From contig NC_042999.1 of the NCBI RefSeq assembly GCF_006345805.1, positions 59,706,001-59,770,000 on the forward strand: 64,000 nucleotides of DNA, read 5' to 3'. Made by a program: the position numbers and the translations under genes. The notes beneath the pieces were generated by a model. It ran no database searches, was not told the origin of the DNA, and saw nothing but the letters and a program-made list of their open reading frames with translations. The DNA comes from Octopus sinensis. Taxonomy: Eukaryota. The stretch's first letter is position 1. Each line of letters opens with the position of its first letter. This document shows positions 1 to 12,347 of the stretch, in pieces.

Positions 1-287
1 GATTTGATTTTGGAATCGATCTGGTACCGGACAAGGATTCTGGATTATTTTCCCTGTTTTTTTTACTTACTGTTTGAGAGCGGCCGGGTTAATTTTTAGT
101 ATTCTCGGATATTCTCATTTTAAAAATCATCTCTGGCTAATCGTTGAGAGGACGTTGGTGTTGCCTTGGCAGAGGTTTGTGCTCTCTGAGTGCTCTTGTT
201 ATACATTACTATGATATTTACACAAACTACATAACACACGTATTCACTCTTACACTGGCTTATACAAACGTAATACTTCTCCATGCG

Positions 288-670
288 TGGAGGCGCAATG
301 GCCCAGTGGTTAAGGCAGCGGACTCGCGGTCATAGGATCGCGGTTTCGATTCCCAGACCGGGCGTTGTGAGTGTTTATTGAGCGAAAACACCTAAAGCTC
401 CACGAGGCTCCGGCAGGGGATGGTGGTGATCCCTGCTGTACTCTTTCACCACAACTTTCTCTCACTCTTACTTCCTGTTTCTGTTGTACCTGTATTTCAA
501 AGGGCCGGCCTTGTCACTCTCTGTGTCATGCTGAATATCCCCGAGAACTACGTTAAGGGTACACGTGTCTGTGGAGTGCTCAGCCACTTACACGTTAATT
601 TCACGAGCAGGCTGTTCCGTTGATTCGGATCAACCGGAACCCTCATCGTCGTAACCGACGGAGTGCTTCC
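288..670 (+). mobile_element. tRNA-derived SINE, family A, tail type 1
   Basis: Head TGGAGGCGCAATGGCCCAGTGGTTAAGG (A-box-like) and GGTTTCGATTCCC (B-box-like). The same head recurs at 24480(-), 35312, 50772 and 60041. Confidence 0.85.
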
Positions 671-997
671 CAGTACAACTTCATCGCTGCTTTTCTTTTT
701 CTTTTATTTCTCGCTCACATCAACTATTTCTCTATTTCACTTAATCCATGCAATATTTTTTTTTACAGATGAAATACTAACTGACGAAAAACTAATTGAT
801 GAAATACTAACATCAGAAACGTTAAGACACTTTGTCGTTCGATTAAGCTAACGCAATATTCGTTTTGTGAAACTTTATCTCTCCCGTATTGTCCTTTTTT
901 TATTGTTCGCTGTATTTGCATAAACCCATTATTGTGAGGATATATATGTGTTTGTGCGTGCGCGTGTGCGAGGGTTATATATATATATATATATATA

Positions 998-2533
998 CAG
1001 CCTTGGCCAAAAGTATTAGACCACACCCAATGTTTTGGGGTTCTGCTATATCAATGTTAATGAAACTCGTGCGCATGGTAGATTATGGTATAGTTCACAA
1101 TATACATCAGTTTTAATATCTGGATGACCCTTCTTTAGCATCAGTTACCGCTTTTATATAGTTAAGCATTGAATCAGCTAGTTTCTTGCAGGTGCTAGGC
1201 GCAATTTTACTCCATTCTCCTTTCAACATTTGATACAAATGCTCTTTATTGTTAATTGTTGTTTTTCTTATAGCTTCACCAAGAGTTCCCCATAGGTGTT
1301 CGATCGGATTTAGATCGGGATTTTAAGCTGGCTAGTCCATGGGAACAATACCCTGTGTCTCAAACCATTGACGATTATTCTTTGCTGTATGACATGGAGC
1401 GTTGTCTTGTTGAAAGATAACAGTTTTTTTGACACCCTTGGATGCAATTTAGCAATTGATGGCTCTAAAACAAACGATAACATAGAAACATAGGTAGCTG
1501 AATTCTTCCTTGCCTGACATAAAAATACTTCTTCGGGTCCTGTGGCAGACATACAGGACAACACCATGATAGAACCATCTCCATGTTATACGGTTGTTAC
1601 CAGCCTTAAATGCTTCCCCAACTCTGCGATGCACGAAAGTTGCACCAGATGTACTGAAAATCTGGGTAAAAACATGAAAAATAATATTGGCTTTATGTTG
1701 GATACATTTGTATATATTTTGGGCAACAAACCAGTTACATTAAGTTTATATGTTGATTGAATACATATACTATCTTACCTCATAGTTACTTTCATCGGAC
1801 CATATGACTTTCGACCATTGCTCACTGGTCTAATTTTGAGTGCTTTTGGCCCACTGAAGACGTTTTTCCATATTTACTTCAGAAACCCATGGCTTCTTCC
1901 TGGCTTTACAGCCTTTCAGACCGTACTCTACCAGACTTCTTCTAATAGTTCTAGTTGTTAGCTGTGAAGTTCTTGCCTAGCTGAGGTCCGCACAGAGCTC
2001 CGACAATGTTTTTCTCCTGTTTCTGAGCGGCTGATGTATGATGGATCTGTCATCACGAGGTGATGTAACCTTTTTTCTACCGGTTCTTTGTATATTCTTC
2101 ACATCTTTTGTCTCTCTGAAATACTTGAGAGTCGTTTGCACCGCACATGGAGAACATTTCATCTTCTGAGCATTTGCCTTTGAGACATTCCATCTTCATG
2201 ATACTCTACGATTTGACCACGCTCACACTCACTCAATTCCCTTGTTTTAGGCATTTTACTGTTTATTAACTGTATCTACAACGTATCTTAGCATAAAACT
2301 CTGAAATAATCAAGGAAACAAGTTAATTTTGGACGTTGGTCTTAATAATAATTGGTTGCATGTGTACAGTACAGTATAAAAGTAGTAATTGATGCTTAAG
2401 GAGGGTCAACCGATATTAAGATGAATGTATATTGTGAAATATACCATAATCTACCATGCACACGAGTTTCATTAACATTGAGATAGCAGAACCCCAAAAC
2501 ATTAAAATGGCCTAATTCTCTTGGCCAAGGTTG
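998..2533 (-). mobile_element. Full-length decayed Tc1-family DNA transposon (~1.54 kb)
   Basis: ~110-bp imperfect TIRs (998-~1107 CAGCCTTGGCCAAAAGTATTAG...; ~2425-2533 ...CTCTTGGCCAAGGTTG), TA on both sides within (TA)n, and an internal transposase remnant. Confidence 0.93.
1113..2254 (-). pseudogene. Tc1 transposase pseudogene (DDE type, frameshifted)
   Basis: Minus-strand pieces MPKTRELSECERGQIVEYHEDGMSQRQ, TGRKKVTSPRDDRSI, MVLSCMSATG, IFQQDNAPCHTA, NPDLNPIEHLW and a C-terminus ending DAKEGSSRY*. These match canonical Tc1 motifs across several frameshifts. Confidence 0.92.
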
Positions 2534-2554
2534 TATATATATATATATATAATA

Positions 2555-2600
<46 letters not shown>

Positions 2601-2875
2601 GTGTGTGTGTATATATATATATACTCTCACACCCACGCACATACCATCACAACTTGCACGCACTTCGCCCCTCCATCCACCCTACAACTTCATATCTTCA
2701 GACATCGCACACTTATTCGCACACATAAACAAATAAGGACACACAAACATACACACACAGATACATACATAATACATACATACACAAACACACACACACG
2801 CACACACATATATATATACGCGAACATTCACTTATTTTTGTAGTTTATGTGTACACATGACAAACACATATAATA

Positions 2876-2906
<31 letters not shown>

Positions 2907-3594
2907 ATGAATATACTGTATACTGCTCTATAACTATATATGTAGGCGTTAGTGATATGTAAGTGTTCGCAATCGACAAAGTTTATGAGATAGACTTAAC
3001 TGCATGCGTTTATATATATATACAAACATATATACATACATCCACACACACACACACACACACATACACACGCACATATATATATATAATTTACAATTTA
3101 AAAATCATATATCCGTTTTGTAGATAATGTTTGCTATAATCCTGACATAGTGTTAATGGAAAGGTTCACTGGAATGGTTTCATGCCACCTTGTCCAAGTA
3201 GTTATGAAGCCTGATAATTTAAGAGAGCGGATAATGGGAGTTGTGCCTTTTCCAATGCTATTAATGGAATAAATGATAGTGAAGCACTAACAAAAGAAGG
3301 TCAAACCAATATCGACAATTTGCTTCGTAGTGAGTTTGGATTTCTTTTTTTTTTGTTTTTTTTTTTTTTTGTTTTTTTGCTATGGCGTTTGTCTAGTGAG
3401 ATGTCTGTCTGATTGCATGTATGTATAAGTAAAATAAAAAGCGAAATAAGTAAATAGGTTGTGTATCTGAAAAACACAGCAGCCATTGTAATTGCCAAAT
3501 TATTTCAGATACTTTGCGGTAGAGATCGTTCTTCGTTTTCTTCTAGAGTCAAAATATAGTTTCCATGTCTCCGAGACTATTTTGGCAATTAGAT

Positions 3595-3765
3595 GAGCTG
3601 GCAGAATCATTAGCACACTGGGCGAAATGCTTAGCAGTTATTTCGTTTGTCCTTACATTCCGAGTTTAAATTCCACCGAGATTGGCTTTGCCTTTCATTC
3701 CTTCCGGTTCGATAAGATAAATACCAGTTGAGCACTGGGGTCGATGTAATTGACTTAACTACTCC
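3595..3765 (+). mobile_element. SINE family B, diverged monomer
   Basis: GAGCTGGCAGAATCATTAGCAC...GGCTTTGCCTTTCATTCC...GGGGTCGATGTAATTGAC matches the other family-B copies in the window. Confidence 0.75.
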
Positions 3766-4079
3766 TGAGTAAGAGTATAAATAAACTGCATCCCTCTGAC
3801 AAGCCATATCGAGCCAGTGTAGCAGTGTGGGCTCATCAAATCAGTATGATCTCAAGCACAAATTCACGACCTCAACATCAGACTGTGGATGGTGAAGAGC
3901 ATAGGCTGAGGCCTTTGTCCTACGGTGGACTGAATATAGAAAATCCAGTGTAATGTGAGTGTGTATGTTTGTGCATGTGTGTGCTTGTGTGTGTGTTTAT
4001 GTGTGTGAGTGAGTGTCTGAGTGTGTAAGTGAGTTTGTGTGTTAGTGAGTGAGTGGGTGAGTGAGAGAGTGTAGTAGGA

Positions 4080-4400
4080 TTTGGTAGCTGAGCGGACAAA
4101 ATGCTAAGCAGTATTTCTTCCGACCTTGTCTTTCTTTGACTTCGTCTTTTATCTTTTCCGGTTCGATGAAATAAACATCAATCGAACACTGAACTCGTTG
4201 TTATCGACTCTCCTCCTGCCACTAGATGTCATTCCTCATGCCTAGGGAACGAGCTATTCGAATCATTAGCACCAGAGACAAAATTCTGAGCCGCATCTCA
4301 TCAGGCTACTTACCTTCTGCATTCAAATTCCATCGTGGTCGACTTTGCCTTTCATACTTGCAGGATCGCAAAATTAAGTAGCAGTCAAGCACTGGTGTTA
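4080..4400 (+). mobile_element. Two diverged SINE-B fragments
   Basis: AAATGCTAAGCAGTATTTC and GGTCGACTTTGCCTTTCAT motifs. Confidence 0.6.
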
Positions 4401-4650
4401 CTATAATAATTCTTTCTTTGAAGAAGGAGCTAGTTTCTAACAAAGATAAAAACACTATCACTGAAATGTAAACAACGAAAACAATGTCACATTTTAAACA
4501 TGAGAAAAGTTTTGCATATATTTACCGTTCCACTTACAGATTGAATATTCAATGTGCGAGTTAGTTGGTTGATTTCTTTTTCAAAAAACCCTATCTTATT
4601 CCGATTTTCGTTTCAATATTTACTCACAAAACCCAAGTGTGTGTGTCTAT

Positions 4651-4794
4651 TCATATTATAATCTCAGATGGAGAATTTTTTAATGTCTTACACATCTTCA
4701 CTGTGCCACTAATAGATTGGATTTGGAGAATTCGCGCCAGTTTCATTTGCACATTCTCCGTCAAACCGAGTATTTCTAGTTTCTTTGTACGAAC
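4651..4794 (-). pseudogene. Probable C-terminal fragment of an RLE-type (R2-superfamily) non-LTR retrotransposon ORF
   Basis: Reads VRTKKLEILGLTENVQMKLARILQIQSISGTVKMCKTLKNSPSEIII*. From memory this resembles the C-terminal helix that follows the restriction-like endonuclease domain. It abuts a (TATG)n tract. Confidence 0.45.
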
Positions 4795-5064
4795 ATGTAT
4801 GTATGTATGCATGTATGTATGTATATATATATATATATATATAATATATATATATATATTATATATATATATATATATACATACATACATACATACATAC
4901 ATACATACATACATGCATGCATAAATGCATGCATGCATACATACACACACACACACACATACATACATACATACATACATACATACATACATACATACAT
5001 ACATACATACATACATACATACATACATACATACATACATACATACAAGATAGATCGGTAGCCA

Positions 5065-5250
5065 CAACACATTCATTATTTTCCTCTCCTTGTTTCGTTC
5101 TGTGTTCCTTTCTGTGGAACAGCGTAGGCTCGAAATGTTAAAGACTTTTTCACTTCCCGAGCGTTATACTAATACATCCGTTTGTTGTCTACACCACCTG
5201 GCTTCGTCTTTTGTTTGTTTGTTTTTTATGAAGTCACTCCCAGTATATAT
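5065..5250 (+). mobile_element. Short Penelope-like-element (pLTR-type) repeat with hammerhead-like motif
   Basis: TTT-CTGTGGA-A-CAGCGTAGGCTC-GAAAT-GTT-AAA at ~5109-5143, then GAGCGTTATACTAATACATCCG. Related copies lie at 40.3, 48.9, 58.4 and 61.2 kb. Confidence 0.6.
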
Positions 5251-5252
5251 AC

Positions 5253-5285
<33 letters not shown>

Positions 5286-5547
5286 TGTATGTATGTATTA
5301 TGTGGAATATATGCATGTATGTACGCTATCTATGATCACTGTTTCCAGCTTCGCCAATGCTAGCCCGCCGGCCTGTTACAATCTTAGAATCGACTAACAC
5401 TTTTTCTAATTACGATAATATATATTAATTTTACCCTACATGCAGTATTGAATCCTTCATTCATTACGTATTTCATACTTCTTAAAGAAGATATTTTGTA
5501 TGCATGCATGCATACATATATACATATGCATATATTTATACGTGTGC

Positions 5548-5578
<31 letters not shown>

Positions 5579-6194
5579 AGCCTTATCTCAATCTCCATCA
5601 CTCTCTCTCCTCGATCTCTCGTCTATAAATATGCATATAAGCGACTTTACAGTTTCAATCTTGACTTTAACACCGTGATGAAGAAATTTTAATATTTTAT
5701 TCCTGAGATCCCCACGTGAGATGGTTAATTAACTCTACGAAAACCGTTTATTTTCTTTGGTGAAGAGGTGACGGATTAGAAATCCCCTGAAAGCAAACAG
5801 CAATGAGATGTTCCTTTCAATTTCTAATTGATAACTAAGTCTTTATATCGAGTAGTGTTAAGTATATTCCCCAGCAAGCCTATCTTAATTTAAACGAAGG
5901 TTTATCTTATATTAGAATCACCTTGTGACTAAAGCAGAGAACGCAGTTGGCTTGATGGTTAGGAGTGTTCCGCTCGCGATGTCATGATCATGAGATCTAT
6001 TCCTCGGTCAAGCGGTGCACTGTTTCTTTGGGAAAGGCACTTTATTTCAACTCAGTTGTAATACATATCAACTCTCTATCTCTCTCTCTTTCTAGCTGTC
6101 ACATCCTGGGTGTTCCACAAGATAAAGGCTGAGAAAGAGTCTAAGTCTATCTACGTGTACAAAGTCACCTAAAACTATGAGCGGAAGCATGGTT

Positions 6195-6415
6195 CGTATT
6201 GGTTTCAAATTTTGGCACAAGGACAGCAATTTCCGTGCAGGAGATAAATTGATTACTTCGACTCCAGTACTCAAATGATACTTATTTTATCGACCGCAAA
6301 AAGAGGAAAGACAAAGTCAGCCTCGGTGGAGTTTGAACTCAGAACATAAAGGACAGACGAAATGCCGCTAAGTATCTTGTCCGACGTACTAACGATTCTG
6401 CCAGCTCGTCGCCTA
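6195..6415 (-). mobile_element. SINE family B, diverged
   Basis: Reverse complement of the family-B head and body (GTTTGAACTCAGAAC...CTGCCAGCTCG). Confidence 0.75.
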
Positions 6416-6453
6416 ACAAACCTGATAATAATGTCACAATAAACTGTATTAAG

Positions 6454-6709
6454 GTGGAGGCGCGTGGCTTAGTGGTTAGGGTATCAGTATCATGATCGTA
6501 AGATTGTGGTTTCGATTCCTGGACCGGGCGACGCGTTCTGTTCTTGAGCAAAACACTTCATTTCACATTGCTCCAGTCCACTCAGCTGGCAAAAATGAGT
6601 AACGCTGCGATGGATTGGCGTCCCGTCCGGCTGGGGAACACATACGCCATTGAAACCGGGAAACAGGGTCCATGAGCCTGACTAGGCTTGAAAAGGGCGC
6701 ATTAAAAAA
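6454..6709 (+). mobile_element. tRNA-derived SINE, family D (CORE/V-like middle), with 13-bp TSD
   Basis: tRNA-like head (GTGGCTTAGTGGTTAGG, GGTTTCGATTCC), A-rich end, and TSD AAACTGTATTAAG at 6441-6453 and 6710-6722. Confidence 0.85.
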
Positions 6710-7114
6710 AAACTGTATTAAGACAATAGTAATTTTAATGATTTCAAATTTTGACACAAGGTCAAAAATTTTAGGGAGTGTGTGTTAGTTGCAAGTTTAC
6801 ATGTTTCATAATTTAAATTTGCATGTTTTCGAAATAACTAAGGGTTGAAATTGAATAAAGTTTCGTATTAAATATTTGAGAGGTTTAATAACGTTCGTTG
6901 ATTAACTATCATCTACCCGATAGATAACGATAGATTATATCGTTGTCATGCAACATCATACAAGAAGCAAATGGATTCCATAAATGTTAACTCTTATACA
7001 CCAAATGTACCAACAGCTGGGACAAAGGCACATGCAGGAGGGGTGAGGTGAAACACCAAGACTAAATGTATATCTGTTTCAGAAAAGAATTTCAATTGTA
7101 TCTAAAACATCATC

Positions 7115-7284
7115 TCTTTTACTCTTTTACTTGTTTCAGTCATTTGACTGCGGCCATGCTGAAGCACCGCCTTTTTTAGTCGAACAAATCAACCCAAGGA
7201 CTTATTCTTTGTAAGCCTATTACTTATTCCATCTGTCTCTTTTGCCGAACCGCTAAGTTACGGGGACGTAAACACAGGCACACA

Positions 7285-7337
<53 letters not shown>

Positions 7338-7495
7338 GACGAGCTTCTTTCAGTTTCCGTCTGCGAAATTCACTCCCAAGGCTTTGGTCGGCCCGAGGCT
7401 ATAGTAGAAGACACTTGCCCAATGTGCCACGCAGTAGGACTGAACCCGGAACCATGTGGTTCGTAAGCAAGCTACTTACTACACAGCCACTCGTG
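7115..7495 (-). mobile_element. SINE family C, full length
   Basis: Reverse complement of GAGTGGCTGTGT-GTAAG...GGCAC-TTGGGCAAGTGTCTTCTAC...GACTGAAACAAGTAAAAGAGT, with an internal (CA)n tract. Confidence 0.9.
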
Positions 7496-8399
7496 CTACT
7501 TTTCTTCTCGCCTGATTAATTGATAATTTTTAATATAACCTGTATCATAGTTGAATATGTCACCCTTGGTGTGTATCTGGTGTTGACTTTCTCGAAACCA
7601 GAAAATGAGAGACGTACATTTCATCTTGGCAGGAGTTTAGAAAAGATTTACCTTCTGAGTCTGGAAGCAGGAAATGGAAGAACCCATGGGCTTTGCACGA
7701 TTTTCGATACTTGGGAGTTTAGTCTCATTGGTGTCCTTTTCAAATTATTGCTAGGAAATAACTACCGGGTAGAAACGAGAAAAGAGTAATCTTGAGAACC
7801 GATGTTCTGAAGATGAATGATTGAGCATAGAGGACATTGATAGAGGACAGGGTAGAATTAGAATGGAGAGATGAGAATGTTGTGGGTATCTAAGTATACA
7901 AGAGATAAAGGTACCAGGCCAGCAAGATCAGCGGGACAAAGACCATTATAGTAACGATTTGAAATCAAAATGTAAAGGGCTGTAACTCTATACCACAAGG
8001 AATTTTACCAATCGTTTATTGTATCTGCCATTATACCACTCCAAAATGAACGAGTGGACCATTCTGTACACGATGAATGTACTATTAATAACAACCAAAT
8101 CTCACTGGTATCATAACCTGTAAAAATCTTAACGTAGAAGATAAAAACACGGGATGGTCAAGCCTATAACGGTCTTTATCTTATAGGTCTGCTCGATCAT
8201 GGACTAAACAAGGTGAACAATTTATTTCCTCTGATTAAGGAATATAAAATAAGCTGTTACTGTTGCTTTGTTTTGTTTATCCCCATGTAAACCTTGATCA
8301 GGAAGTCAGGAAACCTATGATCAAAAATATACTATTCTTGGCAATCTCGTCAGACAACTCTGGCGAGAATGTCTGAAGAGACATCAACATTAACTAAAC

Positions 8400-8590
8400 G
8401 CAATATTCAGCACGAAACCGACCGTGATATGGTAACATTCTGACCAGTCTAGGGTTCAAAGGCCAACAGCTCTTCAATGTCCTACCACAAAAATTAAGAA
8501 ATCTGTATTACGAGCTTACAAGTGTATATCTGTTTCAGAAAAGATGGGAGTAGATGTCTTCAAAAAGGAACTAGAAATCCTCTTCTGGTA
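8400..8590 (+). mobile_element. CR1-like LINE 3' ORF fragment
   Basis: Translates SLGFKGQQLFNVLPQKLRNL...GVDVFKKELEIL, resembling the C-terminus of CR1/L2-clade ORF2 proteins. Interrupted by a short insertion. Confidence 0.5.
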
Positions 8591-9191
8591 GGAGAGGAGA
8601 AATAAAGGACGCACAGGCGAAGAAGTGAGTTAAGTAAGAACATTAGACTGTGAAAAACTGTCACAAGAATGGATGGAGGACAAGATGTTTGCTAATTGAG
8701 GTTACCAGTTGAGGATCGGTAGGTCATTTGCTGGTTAAGGCCTATTGAACCCTGAGCACTAGAAAGAAGAGAGAAGAACTATTAAGAACGACTTAGAAGC
8801 ATCTGAGAAAACATCAGAAGATTCTAGCTGGAAAACAGGTAATCATTGAGGTCAGTAGAATGCCGCTTGGACACAGGCCGAGGCTTCATTAATCTTGGTC
8901 GAGGAACGTAGAAGAAGATGAATGGCGTAGATCCCGAAACACCCAATGCGTCCAGGATTCAATGCTGACGATGTGTCCAAGTATAAGATCAGTATATCTT
9001 TGAAAATGTTGACTATAACTTTGAAGTCTCGCCGGTTGGGGCTCTGTCAGATAGTGTAATTCAAATATGAGCAGTGAAACTTCGAACTCACTGTTAACCT
9101 TTTCTTTGAAAAACGCTCACACACACACACACACACACATACACACACACGCACACAAATACACACAAAGACAAACACAGCATATATACAC

Positions 9192-9598
9192 TTTACTCTT
9201 TTATGCTTTTACTTGTTTCAGTCATTTGACTGTGGCCATGCTGGCGCATTGCCTTTAGTCGAACAAATCTAACCCAGGACTTATTCTTTGTAAGCCTAGT
9301 ACTTATTCTATCGGTCTCTTTTGCCAAACCGCTAAGTGACGGGGACGTAAACACACCAGCATCGGTTGTCAAGCGATGTTGGGGGGACAAACAGATACAT
9401 AAACACACACACATACATATACATACATATATACGACAAGCTTCTTTCAGTTTCCGTCTACCAAATCAACCCACAAGGCTTTGGTCGGCCCGAGGCTATT
9501 GTAGAAGACACTTGCCCAAGGTGACATGCAGTGGGAGTGAACCCGGAACCATGTGGGTTCATAAGCAAGCTACTTACCACTTGGCTACTCCTACGCCT
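9192..9598 (-). mobile_element. SINE family C, full length
   Basis: Same consensus as 7115-7495. Confidence 0.9.
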
Positions 9599-10204
9599 AT
9601 GCGTGCATGCGTGTGTGTGCGTGTGAGTATACACTCACCACAGGGTTTACCCAGCATCAACCTAATGGCTGTCTAAATATATACGGCATCTGTTGTGCCG
9701 AGATTCTTTTTTTTTTTGTACAATAGACTTTATAAATTATTCGTAAATGCATCCAGAAGTACTTTGATATTTAATTATATGTACGATATTAAAAGTAATG
9801 AAGAGGATATACGACAGAATGCGCGTGTTATAAATGTCTCTTTTATATATGTAATTCTTTCGGATCAAAGCTCATTCATACCAAGCAACTATAACGAAAA
9901 CTACTCATAGATACTTTGTATATATATTTACATAGGCACGCGTATGCACACTGACTCACGTACGTACATATATATACACACACGCACCAGCACGAACACA
10001 AATACTTGTTATCTTTATTTACAATGTGGCGTACGTTTATGTGTGTGTGTGTGTGTGTCTGTGTGTGTGTATTTATATCCAATTTATACGCCATTCGTAT
10101 TTACGTTTATATGTTTATTTACACACGCGTGTGTGTATATCTGCGCGCACGCACGAGTGTATTCGCACACACGCACATATATGTACACACACACATCTAT
10201 GTCG

Positions 10205-10236
<32 letters not shown>

Positions 10237-10254
10237 TTGTGTGTGTATGTAGGT

Positions 10255-11107
10255 ATATATATATATATACACATATATATATACATACAAATACGTATAT
10301 ATATATATATATATATGCATATATATATTTGTAATATATTTATATGTATATATATATATGTGTGTGTGCGTGTATATATATAACTTATTCATAAATATGC
10401 ATGCCTGTTTACGATATATATATGTATATAAATATCTGTATATACACATACACAACACAAGCGCACAGGCACAAACACACCCATATAATTCAACATAGAC
10501 ATACACACACATAATGTGCCCGTATGTATCGTAAATAAGCGTGCAAATTTATGAATGCGTATGTGCCTATGCATCTGTGTATGTGCATATATATATGTAT
10601 GTGTGTATGTATGTGTGTGTGTGTGTGTTGTGTGTGTGTGTGTTGTGTGTGTGTGTGTGTGTGTTTGTGTGCGTGTGTATCTATGTACGTATATATGTAT
10701 GCATATTGTTAGCTACTAATCAAAATTCATTACCAGTTACTCGACAATAAGGCTTCAATGATATGGTTCGTAAAAGATTCTGAAATATAAATGAAAATCA
10801 ATGATACTGCGGTTCTTCGGTACATTTAATCACTGCAATATATTATCTACAGGGGCTAATAATATATACATACTCTAGTGCGACTGTGTGTCTATATACG
10901 GGTCTGTGTGTATATAATTGTAGAAACGTGTGTAGCCGCTGTGTGCGTATGCATGCATTCATAGAAGTTAATATAAAGTTACCTGTTAGCTGAGTACATT
11001 TCATTTAAATATTCTTATATACGGAGACAGAGATTAATATGAAATTTCTTTTGCATATAAATGCGCCCAGTTGTTTGTTTTCTATTAAGTACACGGCCAC
11101 CGATTTC

Positions 11108-11138
<31 letters not shown>

Positions 11139-11250
11139 TGTATGTATGTATGTATGTATGTATGTAGGTATGTGTATGCGCGTATGTGTTTTCCGCATGT
11201 GTCCGTGTATGTGCATGAGTGTGTCGTTCATACACCCTTAAAAACATGTA

Positions 11251-11294
<44 letters not shown>

Positions 11295-11636
11295 ACACAT
11301 ATATATATACATACAAATACGTATATATATATATATATATATATGCATATATATATTTGTAATATATTTATATGTATTATATATATGTGTGTGTGCGTGT
11401 ATATATATAACTTATTCATAAATATGCATGCCTGTTTACGATATATATATGTATATAAATATCTGTATATACACATACACAACACAAGCGCACAGGCACA
11501 AACACACCCATATATAATTCAACATAGACATACACACACATAATGTGCCCGTATGTATCGTAAATAAGCGTGCACATTTATGAATGCGTATGTGCCTATG
11601 CATCTTTGTATGTGCATATATATATGTATGTGTGTA

Positions 11637-11686
<50 letters not shown>

Positions 11687-12127
11687 TGTGCGTGTGTATC
11701 TATGTACGTATATATGTATGCATTATTGTTAGCTACTAATCAAAATTCATTACCATTTACTCGACAATAAGGCTTCAATGATATGGTTCGTAAAAGATTC
11801 TGAAATATAAATGAAAATCAATGATACTGCGGTTCTTCGGTACATTTAATCACTGCAATATATTATCTACAGGGGCTAATAATATATACATACTCTAGTG
11901 CGACTGTGTGTCTATATACGGGTCTGTGTGTATACAATTGTAGAAACGTGTGTAGCCGCTGTGTGCGTATGCATGCATTCATAGAAGTTAATATAAAGTT
12001 ACCTGTTAGCTGAGTACATTTCATTTAAATATTCTTATATATGGAGACAGAGATTAATATGAAATTTCTTTTGCATATAAATGCGCCCAGTTGTTTGTTT
12101 TCTATTAAGTACACGGCCACCGATTTC

Positions 12128-12158
<31 letters not shown>

Positions 12159-12290
12159 TGTATGTATGTATGTATGTATGTATGTGTATGCGCGTATGTG
12201 TTTTCCGCATGTGTCCGTGTATGTGCATGAGTGTGTCGTTCATACACCCTTAAAAACATGTATGTGTGTGTATATATATATATATTATAT
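10255..12290. repeat. Direct tandem duplication, ~1020-bp unit, two copies
   Basis: TCGACAATAAGGCTTCAATG occurs at 10741 and 11761. Unique segments are identical apart from a few substitutions, and the microsatellite lengths vary. Confidence 0.95.
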
Positions 12291-12292
12291 AT

Positions 12293-12343
<51 letters not shown>

Positions 12344-12347
<4 letters not shown>

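Noticed and set aside
288-370. tRNA-like sequences at SINE heads (also 6454, 35312, 43321, 60041)
   Set aside because: A- and B-box motifs are present, but they continue into repeat bodies with TSDs. They are SINE heads, not tRNA genes.
4540-4559. 20-nt micro-exon (CACTTACAG|...|GTTAGT)
   Set aside because: The donor is weak. Splicing it in phase to the 3124-3329 candidate gives an immediate stop, and there is no other support.
7560-9070. Additional minus-strand LINE RT/endonuclease remnants
   Set aside because: Composition is suggestive, but I could not recover diagnostic motifs by eye.
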